Assembly: GCF_001949145.1 (NCBI RefSeq)
Contig: NW_019091357.1
Span: 4,240,228 to 4,304,227 of the forward strand
Length of the DNA: 64,000 nucleotides
Source of the DNA: Acanthaster planci
Lineage: Eukaryota
Direction: 5' to 3'
Under the pieces are notes generated by a model that saw nothing but the letters and a program-made list of their open reading frames with translations, did no database searches and was not told where the DNA came from. The position numbers were made by a program, and so were the translations under genes. Positions 25,701 through 39,291 of this stretch are shown piece by piece; positions within the stretch are counted from its first letter, which is position 1; each line of letters opens with the position of its first letter.

Positions 25701-26986
25701 TTGCGCTGGTCTCGACTACAACACTGACCGCCGTGTATTTTTTAGTGTTCCTTCTTAAGTTATTTATCTTAAGTTATTGTGAGTTATTACCAAGTCATCA
25801 GGGGAGAACCCAAACAGGCCATCCACAACTCTGCCAACAAAAACTACCAACTTTGTGCAGATCCCCTTCCCCCTTGCAATGGCATACACAGTGGCCCCAC
25901 ACCAACAGCCTCACCCACCCCATCCCATGTACATACACATTCTTTTTCATTGATCACGCTGGTCTTGCTGGCACTACTAAGATTTAAATAGTGGAGGAAA
26001 GGTATGCGTAATTAAGATATCTGGGCCCCCATAAAGATTAAAGTGACACAGTCTATTGATTTTATGATATTTTATGAAAACTAAAAGTAGCTCTCTGCAT
26101 ATAAACACACTGCCCGCCTCAACTCTGCAAGTTTATCATATGCGGGGAGGGATGCTGTTGGACCATAAGTGAGCCATAAGATATCCAGCTCAAGTAAAGT
26201 GACAAATTATTCCTAGCTGTCAGAGATGCATTGCCTTACTTCGGATTTAACTTCTGATGAACTTTGTAATGACATCAGGGCCACTGCTCAGCAACACCCA
26301 AGTTGCTAAACTTTTTCTTATACCTGCATGAAATTATGAACTTGGCTCATACATGTTATTATGACTTATAAACGATGGGTTGAACTCTAAGAAAATGGTT
26401 TATGTGTGTGATTAGTACATGGCAAAAAATAATAATAACTGGATGAAATTGAACAATGCATAAACTCGACAAAATGTTTCAAATTTGTAAAATATGTCAG
26501 TGAAAAAACAAAACTCATGCGAATTCTTAACTACAAGAAATGCACTCCAAGATTGAAAGTTGCTCAACGTTGGCATGGCCTACCAGGTTCACACATCATG
26601 AAATCTTCTTGGTGTCCGCAGTGACCTAACGCACATCTTGATATTGCTGGGCATGGTACAATCTGCATGAAATAACAGTCAAATTAACCATATTGTAAGT
26701 TACAATCACAGACTAATAAATGCTTGTACTGTAGGTATACTGCCCTCCCAATCCACAATGCAAACACCTACCATGAAACAACGGACCAACAGGATTGAGA
26801 AATGATCCCTGAAGTCAATTGACTGAGCTAGAATATCTTATTTGCAGTAAAGTATACCAAGACTACACAAAACTAATCTGGGACTGTCATTCAGACAAAT
26901 CTCCTTTCCACACAAGCATTTCTCATTGTGCCACATACACACCATCTTTTCTAGTTTTCCCTGCTGTGCAACCCAGAACTGTTTCT

Positions 26987-27144
26987 AGAGAGTTGCGACA
27001 TGAACGTCTCAATTAATGGAACCAAAATGGTGGCTTACATGTGTCAGTGCACATGGACAATAAGTACATTATGGCCGCCTGCTGTATTGCACATATAAGG
27101 AACAGCCATTTTGGTTCCATAGTCTGAAGTTAGCACTACTCTCT
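26987..27144. mobile_element. Short palindromic MITE-like element
   Basis: Perfect 15-bp inverted repeat ATGGAACCAAAATGG (27016-27030) / CCATTTTGGTTCCAT (27106-27120). Pairing extends inward (CTTACATGTG / CACATATAAG), and the outer ends are AGAGAGT / ACTCTCT. Confidence 0.6.
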
Positions 27145-27856
27145 CAATATAAAGAGCTCTAATGCAACCTAAACAGTGCATAAACATACTGTAAATGGAA
27201 AAGCACATTAACAAGGCACAACTGTATCATTTGAAAGGGCAAACTCAGGAAGGCAAGATCAGGACAATTCTGTGCAAAAATGGAAATCTGATCACTCTGA
27301 AGTTCACCATTGTTGAAGAATACCTATGATAATGAGGTCACTTAATGAGGTCAGTGACAGCGTGACCTGACATTCGCCTTTATGTGAAATTGCTCATAGT
27401 CAGTTGTAAGAGTCAGTGTGGGACATCACAGTATTTTTGAAACGCAGAATTCAGCAGTGACTCAGGAGCAGGTGGACCACTGATGTCTGGGCGAGTTTGC
27501 TAAAATTGCACAAAGACTGAAAGCAGAGTAGGGTACAGCAGGGATCAAAATCCCTGGAAAACAGAACTAGGAAATGCAATTGTGCTTTTAACGTTTGATG
27601 AAAAAATCAGAGCACCATAAGAACTGAAATTTCAGTGGGCAGCTATCTTGCATTACAGTTCGAGTACTATTCGCTCTGGAATCAGAGGAAAGCATATATG
27701 CAATGCAATAGTCCTAGTGGTCTTTGACAAAAAAATGCACATTCTCAACTCTGCTTGAGCACCTGTGCCTAAATGCACCTCAGATCAAGCGAACAGTGTA
27801 TTCAAAACATTAAATATCACCATCTTTATTCCTGCCCCATTCTACAACAACCTCCT

Positions 27857-27882
27857 CCCCCCCCCCCCCCCCCCCCCCCCCC
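27857..27882 (+). repeat. Poly-C run (26 nt)
   Basis: Direct read. It explains the poly-proline ORFs at 27765 and 27773. Confidence 0.95.
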
Positions 27883-30800
27883 GCCTCTACCACTTCATCT
27901 CCCAGTTCATGAGCAGATTGTTGGCAGTGATTCATCCCAGCTCTCTGCCAGAAACTTGAGCAGGGCCTCCATCACTGTGTCAATACCCTCCGTTACCTCA
28001 ACCCCTAACACAGTGTTTGCTCGCTCTGAATAATCTAGTTTTTATTTCCCCTTTGGTGTTTAAGTCCAGCCACGGTATGTCGGGTTCCCACCTCCTCAAA
28101 TTGAAAAAAAAAAACAAAATGGTCAACTGAGGGTGTTTAAATGCAATGCCAAATATACTTTTAAATTCACCTGATGTTCCACAAGCTTGAGTGCACCATA
28201 TCAGTGACCAGAGAAATAAACTCGAGCACTTGTATTTAAACAGTCAAATGAAGAATGCACTCGAGAGCATTGCCAGGAGTGGCAGCCACAAATTTCAGGT
28301 AATCACACGTCAGAGTTTTGAATGGCTCTATCCCAATGAATGCTAGGAGATGTAGAAAGTAGCCCACAACAGGAATGATACCTCTGAAGTTTCTTTCTAA
28401 CACCATATCACAGGTATGCTGCAAGGTATTAATGCATGCATTCTGCATTTGCAAAGGCACTCTTGAAATCAGTCAAAAATAGTCTTGCATGCTTGGGAAA
28501 ACACCCCTGAATCTCCACTCCTAAGTTCTCACCAAAAGACCGTAGTTTCTATGTGAAAGCATGCCATCTCTTGCCCCTGAGTGGAGTACATGTGCAGCTT
28601 TTATAGTATGGGCTCAGGAAGATCTCAAAATAACATGCACCTCAGTAAAATATGCCCTTTGACAACTTCAATAACTGATGAGCATTAGCACCGTGTAGGT
28701 CCTTGACTCGGTGGACAGAAGAAAGGTATTCTGCACTATCACTTCAATGGCCACTTGAAATGCGGATAGTACAATAACTGTGGGTTCAACGGCACCGCAT
28801 CATCTTGCATTATATGCTGATCAAATACAGCACCCCTCGCTTGAAATACATGGAGCTCACAATAACCAGAAACAAAACAAACCCTGGAGTCAAGCCCCAA
28901 GGAGTAATGCTTAAACAAGTGTAAGTCTAGCTGCTGTCATTTGCAAAACCTCGGCCATAGTCAACCCATCCGATAAAAAACACTCCATCCCCGGTCACCT
29001 CTGCAACAAAGCCCAACCTCTCCCGAGAAACCAAAACACAAGAAAAATTTATCACCGGCCAATTTCTGATTCAATACGCCACTCCGAGCGTGCAGGATGA
29101 TACTGTTTGTCACCGAGGCGATGCATCGGGCCTTCCACGGTGAGCAAGCTCTTAATGACTCTCTGTGTAGCATTTACGGTTTTCGTTGGATGCTTAGGGC
29201 ATTAAGCGCTGCAACGCTCCGGTCAAGATGTCACACAATACAGGCGAACCTGACACACACGGGCGCAAACAGCACATTACATTCCACAACATAATTACAA
29301 CAAGTCTCTCATTTCTCAATACCGTGTCTCTGCCTGCCGCAACTGATAAGCACCCTATGCGTTGAACAGTTCAATAATTAAACTTGGGCCAGGCGTTTGT
29401 ATCACTTTTCTCCGCATTCGGAAACAACCCTCTCCAAACCACGGACAAATCTTTCACTTCCACTGGGAAAAGAAAAGGACAACCCCTGAACATCAACAAG
29501 GTGAAACCAAATCTCTTTTTTTCTGGGATAGTTTCTTTGGTATCCCCAAAAGCCAGGAAACAGGCCTGGGATGGAGTGTTTCATTTGTATCCACTTCGTG
29601 TTGATGTTCACTGACAGGGCACAACTCTAGATGAACGGATTGTGAAATTGACGATCTAGGTGTATCACTGATGCACCTGTTTTTACCTGTGGCTACAAGT
29701 GTAACAGGCCACTTCAGAAAAGTGGCTGCTGGAAATGTATCAAATATGCATGCACTGGCAAGGGAAAAAAATAGCAAAAAAAAGTGTGTCCTCGGCAACA
29801 TGCTCGGAAACAGCCAGGCAATGTCAGATGTGGGCTTTGTGCCTGAATTCATGTATTTCTCCTTTCTTCTTTTTCCCAAACTGCACGCCAGTGGCTGCTC
29901 TGCCATTCAGGTCAGCTATGACGGATTACAATGAACAAAACGCAAGCTGAGAGTAATCAAACTCATCTCGTGCTGTTCATGGTGCAACAGTAACAATCAC
30001 TCAGAACTCACCTAATCATCAGAAATCCGATAAATGTTAAAATCTGATTTTGTCTTTGTGAACTAATTGGGCCTTTCACAGGGTTGCCACCAATTCCCAG
30101 ATACCAGATACCCATCCAGAAAATGGATGGTACATGTACCTGGTTCCTTTAGGGTACCAGCAATACCAGAGACTGAAATTTTTACACCATCAGTAACAAC
30201 CTCCTTAAAAGTGAAACACACCTGTTAATAGCTATACAGTTGCTGACATCACACTTGCAGAGTCATGCCGTGTTTGGAAACGGGTACGATACATGTACCT
30301 GGTTCCATCCACATGCGTCAAATCACGCTGCGAGTATTCACAATACATGTACACAATGCCAGGATTTCAACTGGTAGAAGACCTAGATCTGAACTTTTCA
30401 CCCCCTCCCCCATCATGAGTCACATACTGCCTGCTAACCACAATGGTCTTGGTGACTGTACATGTACATCCAGGGTGAGTGCAAGTAGGTGTACGCACCA
30501 TCAGAACCGCAAGCCATTAATAAATGACCATTTTTCTATGGCAATTATTCAGCATCATCTTTACTCATCTAAACAAGCATCTTTACTCATCTCGGCCAAC
30601 ACCAAGCCACTCCGCACCCGGGCCGGCCTGCACAGATGGCTGTGTGAGTGAGCAGCCGCGAGAAGTATGACGCACTGGCCACAGTGTGAGGCACTAGCTA
30701 GCCAAACATCGGTCTGAGGCAAACTGATTTGTCATAATTTGGTAGGATGACATCACTGTCTACAGTAAACCATTAATCATCAGACTGAAAACAAGACTTT

Positions 30801-33319
30801 TACAGATTTGTGGTGTGATATGATGTTTTCAGCATACACCTTATGGTGGAGACATGAGTTTTGTAGTCAGATCTTGTTGAAACTTCAGCTTGCGATGAAG
30901 TACTAGCATTCTCTTCTTATGCTGGTTTATCTTGGCTTTCTCGATCAAAATGTTACAGAGTTAATTAGACTTGAAAAACTTAACACTCAGATGTGAGAGA
31001 CGCATGCAAGAAAATTCAGAATGTATTACTTGGTTTTTTTGCTTTCAGTGTTTTCCTCTCTCTTTGGTGGAATCTTGTTAGGCAAAGCAAAGTTCCCACT
31101 GCAGAACAGTGATCATTTAATCCCAGATTGTCAGAACACAGTATATCCCTTTTTTGCCCGGAAATCTGACAACCAGAAGATGCATTGGTCAGACTACATG
31201 TATATTCTCTCCCTGCTAAGCATGTTCTATTTGTACATCGGAATTGATTTGCTTATTTTTTTAGGCCTATAAGCTGTTCACAAAGCTGCTGCAGATTTAT
31301 GCTAATCTTCCAGCACTCCTCAGTAGGAATACTGTAAACAAATTAAATAACGGAGAAATATATGTTATACAAGAACCTGTGCATGCATTTCAACAACAAA
31401 ATAAGATTGCTTATCTAAAAGAACAGGATCAAGTATGCATCACTTGTTAGCTCTGAAGTCTTATTGGCTGGGTGCCAGCTGTTTCCAAGGCAACAATTAG
31501 ATAATTAGGAACACTGTAATCACAAAGTACGTCGTCCTGGGACACAGCCAAAACTGGCGCCCACAGGCAAAACCAAACTGAAAAATAAATTACGTAACAC
31601 ACATTAAAATTATAAAACGAGAAAAGAAAGCCTTGAGTTTGCTTGTGGGGGTCAACCACATGTACTCGTAGAACTCTTTCATGTGTACATGTTACAGTGC
31701 ATATCAACAATTATTAAGTCTGATTTATGCAAGATGTGAGGGAAAAGTACATGTGCCTACAGTACATGGGTTAATTTTAACAGACTTCTAAAAAAGCTGA
31801 AAAACTAATTTCAACATAAATTAATGTTGAGAGTATTTTCATGCAGAAAGGAATGTTCACAAAGGACAGAAGAGGACAAGTGTGCAACTGAACTTGGTCC
31901 ACTGTCTTTCTTTGATCAAAAACTGAAAATACTGGTTGAGTTGTTGGAAAGGCATATATCATGTTGACTTGTTTGCATGCTTTCATTAAAACCATCTTAT
32001 TTTCAGCAAGCCTCAAGCCTGAGCTGACATCTTCCTTAATTCCCAACGACACTGTTGAAAGTTGCCTATGCCACAAGGTGCTGAATGAAATTACCACTTC
32101 AGGCCAATGACACAACAGCCCTGGGGCAGAATGAGGCAGGTGGGATGGAGTGCCTTAGCTATAAGGACACAAAACAGTGGGAAAACAGCCTGAATTGACC
32201 CTGCAGCCTCTATGGGTGAACATGGTGGCAGAAGATTACGTTAACCCAAACACCATGGAGCTAAGAACTCGATCAGAACAATTTAAAACACAAAAGCTGC
32301 AGTTACAGGAAAACGCCTAAGTTGAATGAGGGCCTCCTGAGTGGGTCCATCCATCATCTTTCCGGTGATGAATTATGCACAATTCCGATTTACGTTTTGA
32401 TAGAGTTCACTGACAAATTCAGAGTGTAATGCATTATGAAGTGTTGGACTGAACTCTCTTCTAGGGGTTGCAAGGAGGAGGGAAACACTCGGTGACAGGA
32501 AGAGGGGTAAAGCATGCACCAAACATGAGGAGAGGGAGAGAGACTGGGGATCATACTGATAGACACATAAGACATAAACACAGTCACAAAAAAACCCCAA
32601 ATTTATGGGCAACAGGCACAATGAAACGGTTAATTGAGCATTTCTAGAGCGAGGAATTCGGTTCAACAGCAAAATCTTATCTAACTATTCTTCTTTTCCT
32701 AGGAGTTGGGAGGATGATCATTTAACTGTTGCCATCCTCCTCTCTAACAAGATCAATGCAGTGCTTTGCAACTTTTCTTCCGCTGGCTTCATGCGTGCAT
32801 CACAAAAATTGTACGACAAGTTGCCACCAGGCAGAATGTACACGCATACCAAAATGCATGCGGTTTCACTCAGCACAGGTGTTGGCCACTACCGCGATGC
32901 ACACAACTGCATGTGCACTACAAAAGAGCCCGCAATGTCTGAATACACCGTTATCTCTGTCATCTGAAATCTGACACATTTCCGCTCCTTCTCCCCTCCC
33001 CCCCCCACTTCTATTTATCATGTGATGGCCTTCCTCTGGAAGGCATACTCGGACTCAAAGATTCCATCAGCCCACGCTGCGGCCTTAATCCCACCCAAAG
33101 ACAGGCTGGCTTATGGCATCAAATTGAATCTGGACTTACGCATGCTGTCGACACATTAGAGGCCAGCTTTGCAGCATCCCCCCACCCAGTGTTAAAACCA
33201 ACAATCCACCAAATGTGCATATCAATGCCTACTATCACTCGAATCACCAGCCCCAATAAGGTACGAAAAAATTTCACTTCAAAAACTCTGTCACTGATTC
33301 CACCACAATTTAGATCACC

Positions 33320-33620
33320 TACTACTACTAATAATAGTAATAGCAAGATTTATATAGCGCCATTCCATCTAGATCATGGCACTGCGCAACACATGATAAT
33401 GAAACTATACTGGAAAAAGATGCTTTTTTAAGTGTTCCATGAATGATAATATTGTGTCCTGTGACCTAATATTTGATGGTATTGTGTTCCAAAGCTTTGG
33501 ACCAGCAATTATGAAGGCTTTATCCATGGAGGTGTTTCTAGATCTTGGGACTGAGAAGAATGTGGCGTCACAATTGGTTGCTACATGTATACTACATGTA
33601 TTTTTTTTCCTCAGGCTCAG
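33320..33620 (-). mobile_element. 5'-truncated L2/CR1-clade LINE remnant (ORF2 C-terminus, 3' stem-loop, simple-repeat tail)
   Basis: Translation FFSVPRSRNTSMDKAFIIAGPKLWNTIPSNIRSQDTILSFMEHLKKHLF* matches the typical L2/CR1 ORF2 ending (VPRS..GDRAF..AGP.LWN.LP..IR......FK..LK.HLF). It is followed by stem-loop GTGCCAT...ATGGCGC, then TATATAAAT and a (TAT/TAG)n tail ending about 33320. Confidence 0.85.
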
Positions 33621-36600
33621 AGCAATTGAACTGCCAGTAGTGCTACATTTGCACATCAACATTTTTAGGAGTTCTCCATCTTGAAATCTTAATTCCTCAA
33701 ATTGAGAGAGACCAATTACCCAGCTGCTCAGCTGCACGAGACAAAAATTATTTCCTTTGAAACCGGTTACATTCGCTTCAGTGCAAGTGACTCAATCCAG
33801 TGTGAGCAGAGTGCACTTAAAACACACGGTCTCAGGAGAGAGGCTCTGCTGGCCAGGCCGTATCTCTGAACCTTTAAATTGCGTTAAGAGCCAGTGATTA
33901 CTCGGAAAGCATATTGCCTCACCAGATGACCGAAGTGGGGAAACTGAAGATGGAGGAGTTATCGGTGAGCTCCAGTTCATACATCCTCTCAACAACTAAT
34001 GAAAAATTGCAACAAAACTATCCTCAGATTAAAAAAAAAAACAGAATAAATGCAATAGGCTAAGTAACTAACAGAAAAGGATGCCAAAAAAAAAAAAAAA
34101 CAGTACACCTGCTGGTCACTCAACTCAGTCAGTTGACCAACAAAACATGACTGAACCAGTGGATCAATCACTTGCAATACATTAAATACATGAATTAATA
34201 CAAAAATCAACAATAAAAAAACTCAAATATGAAAATATACCACCAGTAACACTGAATCTTTTGCAACCAAGATTTTTGACCAATATACTAATACCACAAA
34301 AAATACACCCCCAAAAAATCTTACTTCGGTGAAAAATCTGGCTACAATGCCAACCCTTATAACATTTCCTCCCAGGATTTCATACAGAAGTGTTCCTTCC
34401 TTGAAACCCCTATTTGCCATACTTTCTGATGCTAGACTAGAGGCAAGGTAACAAAATGAAATTTCCATGAATTCATTTCTTATTGAATAAGCACTTGCAC
34501 AGCTGCAAGTATTGTAATGCGAGTTGTACTGTGCGTACATATAACATGGATTCCTCGAAAATGGACCCTGGTGATGCGCGTGACTTTCTCCGTTTTTCCA
34601 TAATCCTGTTAGCAATCAAGAAACAGGACTGCACCAACTTCAGTTGCCGGGGGAAGGGGCAAAAGGGGAGGGGGTTGGGAGACTGCAGCTACACCGTGTA
34701 TTCATTTGATGTACACGTACGCACGATGCGTCATTCTGGGAAGGCTTTCCCTGTCCCTCGCAATGATCAACTGTGAGCCCCGGTGTGACGATGAGATGAG
34801 ACGCAAAATCCAGAGATGCCTCCGGACGCCGAGACCGCCCTAGCTCCAAATGAGTCAGTGTAAGGGCACCCTGTCATTACAATAATAACCGGTCTGCATG
34901 CTGGGACTGGGGAGTCGTCACAGTGCTGTCATGAACCCATGCCTCTGTGTGCATGTACCGGTATACGTACATGTATGTACACACACCAACTTCTCCCTCC
35001 CCCCCCATCTCATTCAATGCAGAATGAGCTCTAATTCTCAAGCTACAAGTACAATCCGTTGCTGCCGCTGCTGCTGGGGCAATTCCCCCACGCCAGGGGG
35101 ATGTGACTCACAGCCGATCGCTAAACACCTCATCCTTTTGTTTCAAGTGACTGAGCATTAGCCTCGTTATGCTTTACTAATTGCCTAATAGGCCAATTGA
35201 TTTAAGGGGAGCCCCGATGGTTTATTAAATTTGAGGAATTAATTAGAATTGACTGAGCCGTAGCTTGAGATACATGTACAAGTGTATGTGTGCATACAGG
35301 TTGTTCTTAACACAAGTGGATATTGAGAGAGACAGTATACATGTATTTGCCGTCTGTAATTCTGGGGGAAATTCAATCACTACTCTCAGTGCAAACTAAC
35401 TATGAAATAAATACAAGGCTATTACATGTACAAGTATATACCCAGTCATTTTCTGACACAACATGCCTGTTCATACTGTCCACGGAGCAAAACACGCAGG
35501 TAGGCCTGCCACATACAGGGTAAACAGCGTGAAATTGACACAATCTCTGGAGGTGCTGCTTGGGCAGGTGCAGGTCATTGGGGGCTGCCTGAGGCACCCT
35601 TGTACCCCTTTGACCCTTTGCACTTTTTAAATGGATAAATTATTATTTTTAAAAGAACACACACACATGTACAGGCAGGTGTGCATGCCGCGTGACCCCA
35701 TACTGCAACCTACATGTACACATAAGCAATGATGAGCATCTTCTCAGACATGTGACTTAAGATGTACATGTAGTACGTTTATAGCATGGAATTAGCTTTC
35801 TTTTTTTTTTCTTTTTGAAAAGCACTGGTCAATGCATTGTATTTGGCTGCAGTTTTAACAATGACGGAGCTGGAGCAAACTGTGCAGAAACAGACATGTA
35901 TGGAGTCCGTCAAGGTTGGGCAAACCTAACAAGAACTTAAATTGAGAACTAGTCCAATTAGAGAGACAAAACTTAGAAACCTATCTTTAGCAAACCATCC
36001 ACAGAGGAAACCAAGTAATGCTTACAATAAGTGAAGAACATGTACATGTAGATGTACATGTACCTTGCTTTCCAGACATGTTAATGGGCGGGTGTACTGC
36101 CAAATGATGATACATATTTAATACACTTACAATTTTATTATTGGCTGAGGCATAATTAATACATTACATCCACTATTTATCATTTACAACAAATGAACAT
36201 GCCTCGATGGCAACTATTCATTGATTCAGAAAAAAATCATTCATCAAGACGAGATACATGCACATGTGTGCAGTAGGACAGACTCCAAAAGGGACAATAT
36301 GAAGCTGCCTCCAATGGTCCCAGGTGTGACTGGATCCAATTAGAACAGATTATTACCCATCCAATTGACAACTACATTTCACAGTGTCCTTTTTTTTTTA
36401 ATCTATACTACCGATGTGATAGAAATGCTTCTTGTGAAGACTCTCCAGTTTTCCTGTAACGGTAGCCTGAGCTCATCTGGGGTTGCAAGTGGTTTTTATA
36501 TGTTCATGCTAATTTCAGGGTGAGAGGCTTTTTGGGGGTGGTAAGTTGTGAGTAATGGAAATTGGACCTAGGGTCTGTAGAAACCAGATTTGTTGACAAT

Positions 36601-39198
36601 CAAAATATAAAAAAATCCAATATCAAGTGTATTCAATACATCCAATATTCCCCATGTAAGTCACAGGCAACCTTTGCCACTGTTTTGCCCTTATAATTTC
36701 AAAGCAAGTATAACAACCACGTAACTCCAAACTGGAGATTTATTTTGTTGACGACCTGCCTTGCTTTAAATATTTTTGATATTATTCCCAATATGGAGAT
36801 TCATTTTGATATCCCTAATTAGACCACCTGAAAGGCTGCCTGTTACCAATGAATTTCTTTGGAATTCATTCTCCAACTTCTGAACACAGTCTTCATGTGG
36901 AGCACCCTAGCTCCCCTTGCCCATCCCTCTTTTATGCAATGGTAACTGTGACCGTGAGGCACTTTTTTCTTCTAGTTTCAAACGGCCACCTTTCCATATC
37001 CTGTAATCCATTTTGTGTAGGTTGCAAATGTCTACAGAAATATACAACATGTACAGTGTACATGTAAATGTACACAGAAGACTAAAAATGCACAAGTTCG
37101 TAAAAAGGCATCTCAGTTAGGGCATAATCTATTTCCATTTCCATGAAACCTTTAACACGTTCAGGACACTCATAACACTCCTCAAACCACAAGTCATTCA
37201 AACTACAGCAGAAACATACATGTAGACATTAATATGCAATACAGCATCCCCCTCCAATCTAGTGTTGGAGACGGATGAGCTGAAAGTATACATTTCCACC
37301 ATCAGTCGAGTAGCCCTGCTCAGTGACACACAGCCCTACTCCATCAATAAGTCCCCATTAAAACACATCCCGTCAATGCTGTCCAAAGCCCCCTACCCTC
37401 TGTGCCCTGCATCTCAAGGAATGAAAGTAAACATCCATCCCAACAAAGAAAAAAACTGCCTTCCCATGGCATACCCTCTCTCTCTCTCAAAAAAAAAAAT
37501 GAGCTTGGCGCCCGGGTCACAAACACTCCCTAATCATCACCACGTTTGCGGGCCCGCACTCCGTCGACACACACCCACAAAATGGCCTCATTTAAGCTCC
37601 CCCCCCCTTTAGTATCATTTCTCTTCCCACATGGGCGGCACAGACACTTCCCCTTCTGACAAGCCCACTTGTCCATGTGCAGACCCCTTAATTACTGTCA
37701 AATATTTGCGGTAAGATGGAGCGCATGGAAAGTCCATTCACAGCGCCCATACAGAGAGACACGGACACCCCTTTTCTCCCAATCTGATAAAAATCTGTCA
37801 GAAAACAATTACTTCCTCGTCTTCTCCACCCCCCCCATCCTGTTCCCTGTCTGCCTTTATCTCTCTCTCTGTGTCCCTCTGCAGCTCGTGTGCCATCTCA
37901 GCCTCTTGTCCTGGTGACAGCTTGGCCAAATATGCCCGTCATCAGCGGGCGCGATGATGACACACTTAACGAGTAATTTTCGCTTTTAGCATGCGTCATG
38001 GCAACAAATGACAACATCCTCGGAGAGATAAATAATCAGTGGGTGACCTATTTCATGGGGGGTTTGGGGGGTTTTTGTTTGTATTTTTTACCTTTTGCAG
38101 TTGGCAATTGCTCCTCGTCACTGACACCACAGGAGGACGAGGATACTGAGGGAAGATGAGGATGAGGCCAGCATCTGAATGGACAGGGGTCACGCGATCT
38201 CTCATCCAGGGTGATGCTCCTCCATCGTCATGGCGATACCTGATGCATTACAATGACAAAAGACCCCTTGGAGTAAATATTTAATCAGCTTAGTAATCAA
38301 TAAGGAATGCTGAGGCTGAAGTAGAGGGAGAGAGAGCGGCATCGCCAGCTGCATGTTCCTCAAAGAAAATGACTAAGATATTAATCAGAGAGCTGTGATT
38401 TGGGAATGACCTGTGAATTGAACCACATCTCCACGACCAAAGATTTATAGAAACAGTTGGGGGCGTAATTCTGCTCAAATTTTCTTTTTTTTTTTTTGGC
38501 AACAGTCCAGCATTACTCATCCCTGTCATATCATACTCACACATCTGGTTTTTGTCAGCAAAAGTCATCTACAGAAAAAGAATCAAGAACTCATTTTTCT
38601 TATATCGAGAAAGCTCACAAGTAACTGGGGGCAATAACTATTTATTTACTTCTCAGCCCACTGCACCTCTTCTTAATCCAGATGCATTAACTGTACCCTT
38701 GTTAATTCACTCCGCAAAAGATCCTGCTGGTCTTAAAAATCACACGGGATGGACCTCCTCTCTCTAGAGCAGTGGACTTTAAACCAACTGTTTTGATAGA
38801 CAGAGACGACCTACACAGAGCTGTTTGAACGTGTAGTACAAAAAGTGTTTAAAAGCATTTAGTCACAGTTCATAACCAATTGTTTGTAGTATATCTCACT
38901 GAACTTCCATGAACAGCCTGGCTTATGTTTATGGCAAAACAGTTGTAAAAACCCTCAGCAACTGTCTTGTGCACAAAATCTTTCAATTCACATGGTCTTT
39001 GCAAACACTTATCATGTTTTTTCTCTCTTGCGGACAAAATACGTGTAAAGAACTGTATCGCTTGCAGGAAAAATGCTTTAGCGGTAGAAAAACATGTTTA
39101 GAATGAGGTATTGCAATGATTAACTGGGGCTTTGTGGTAAAAGAACATGGCCCAGGTGTCTGCTCCAGGTTTTAAGAGGCTGGTACACGCACTCCCAC

Positions 39199-39291
39199 AC
39201 CGTAGTTGTGGGGACACACACTCCGACATTTCACCTATTTTGTGGGGACCGAAAACGTTGTGGGGATGCAGGAATGTCCCCACAACTCGGT
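39199..39291. repeat. Short inverted-repeat element
   Basis: ACCGTAGTTGTGGGGACA / TGTCCCCACAACTCGGT is a near-perfect inverted pair, with two further internal TTGTGGGGA copies. Probably a MITE core. Confidence 0.6.

Noticed and set aside
27765..28033. Poly-proline ORFs
   Set aside because: Artefact of the 26-nt poly-C run.
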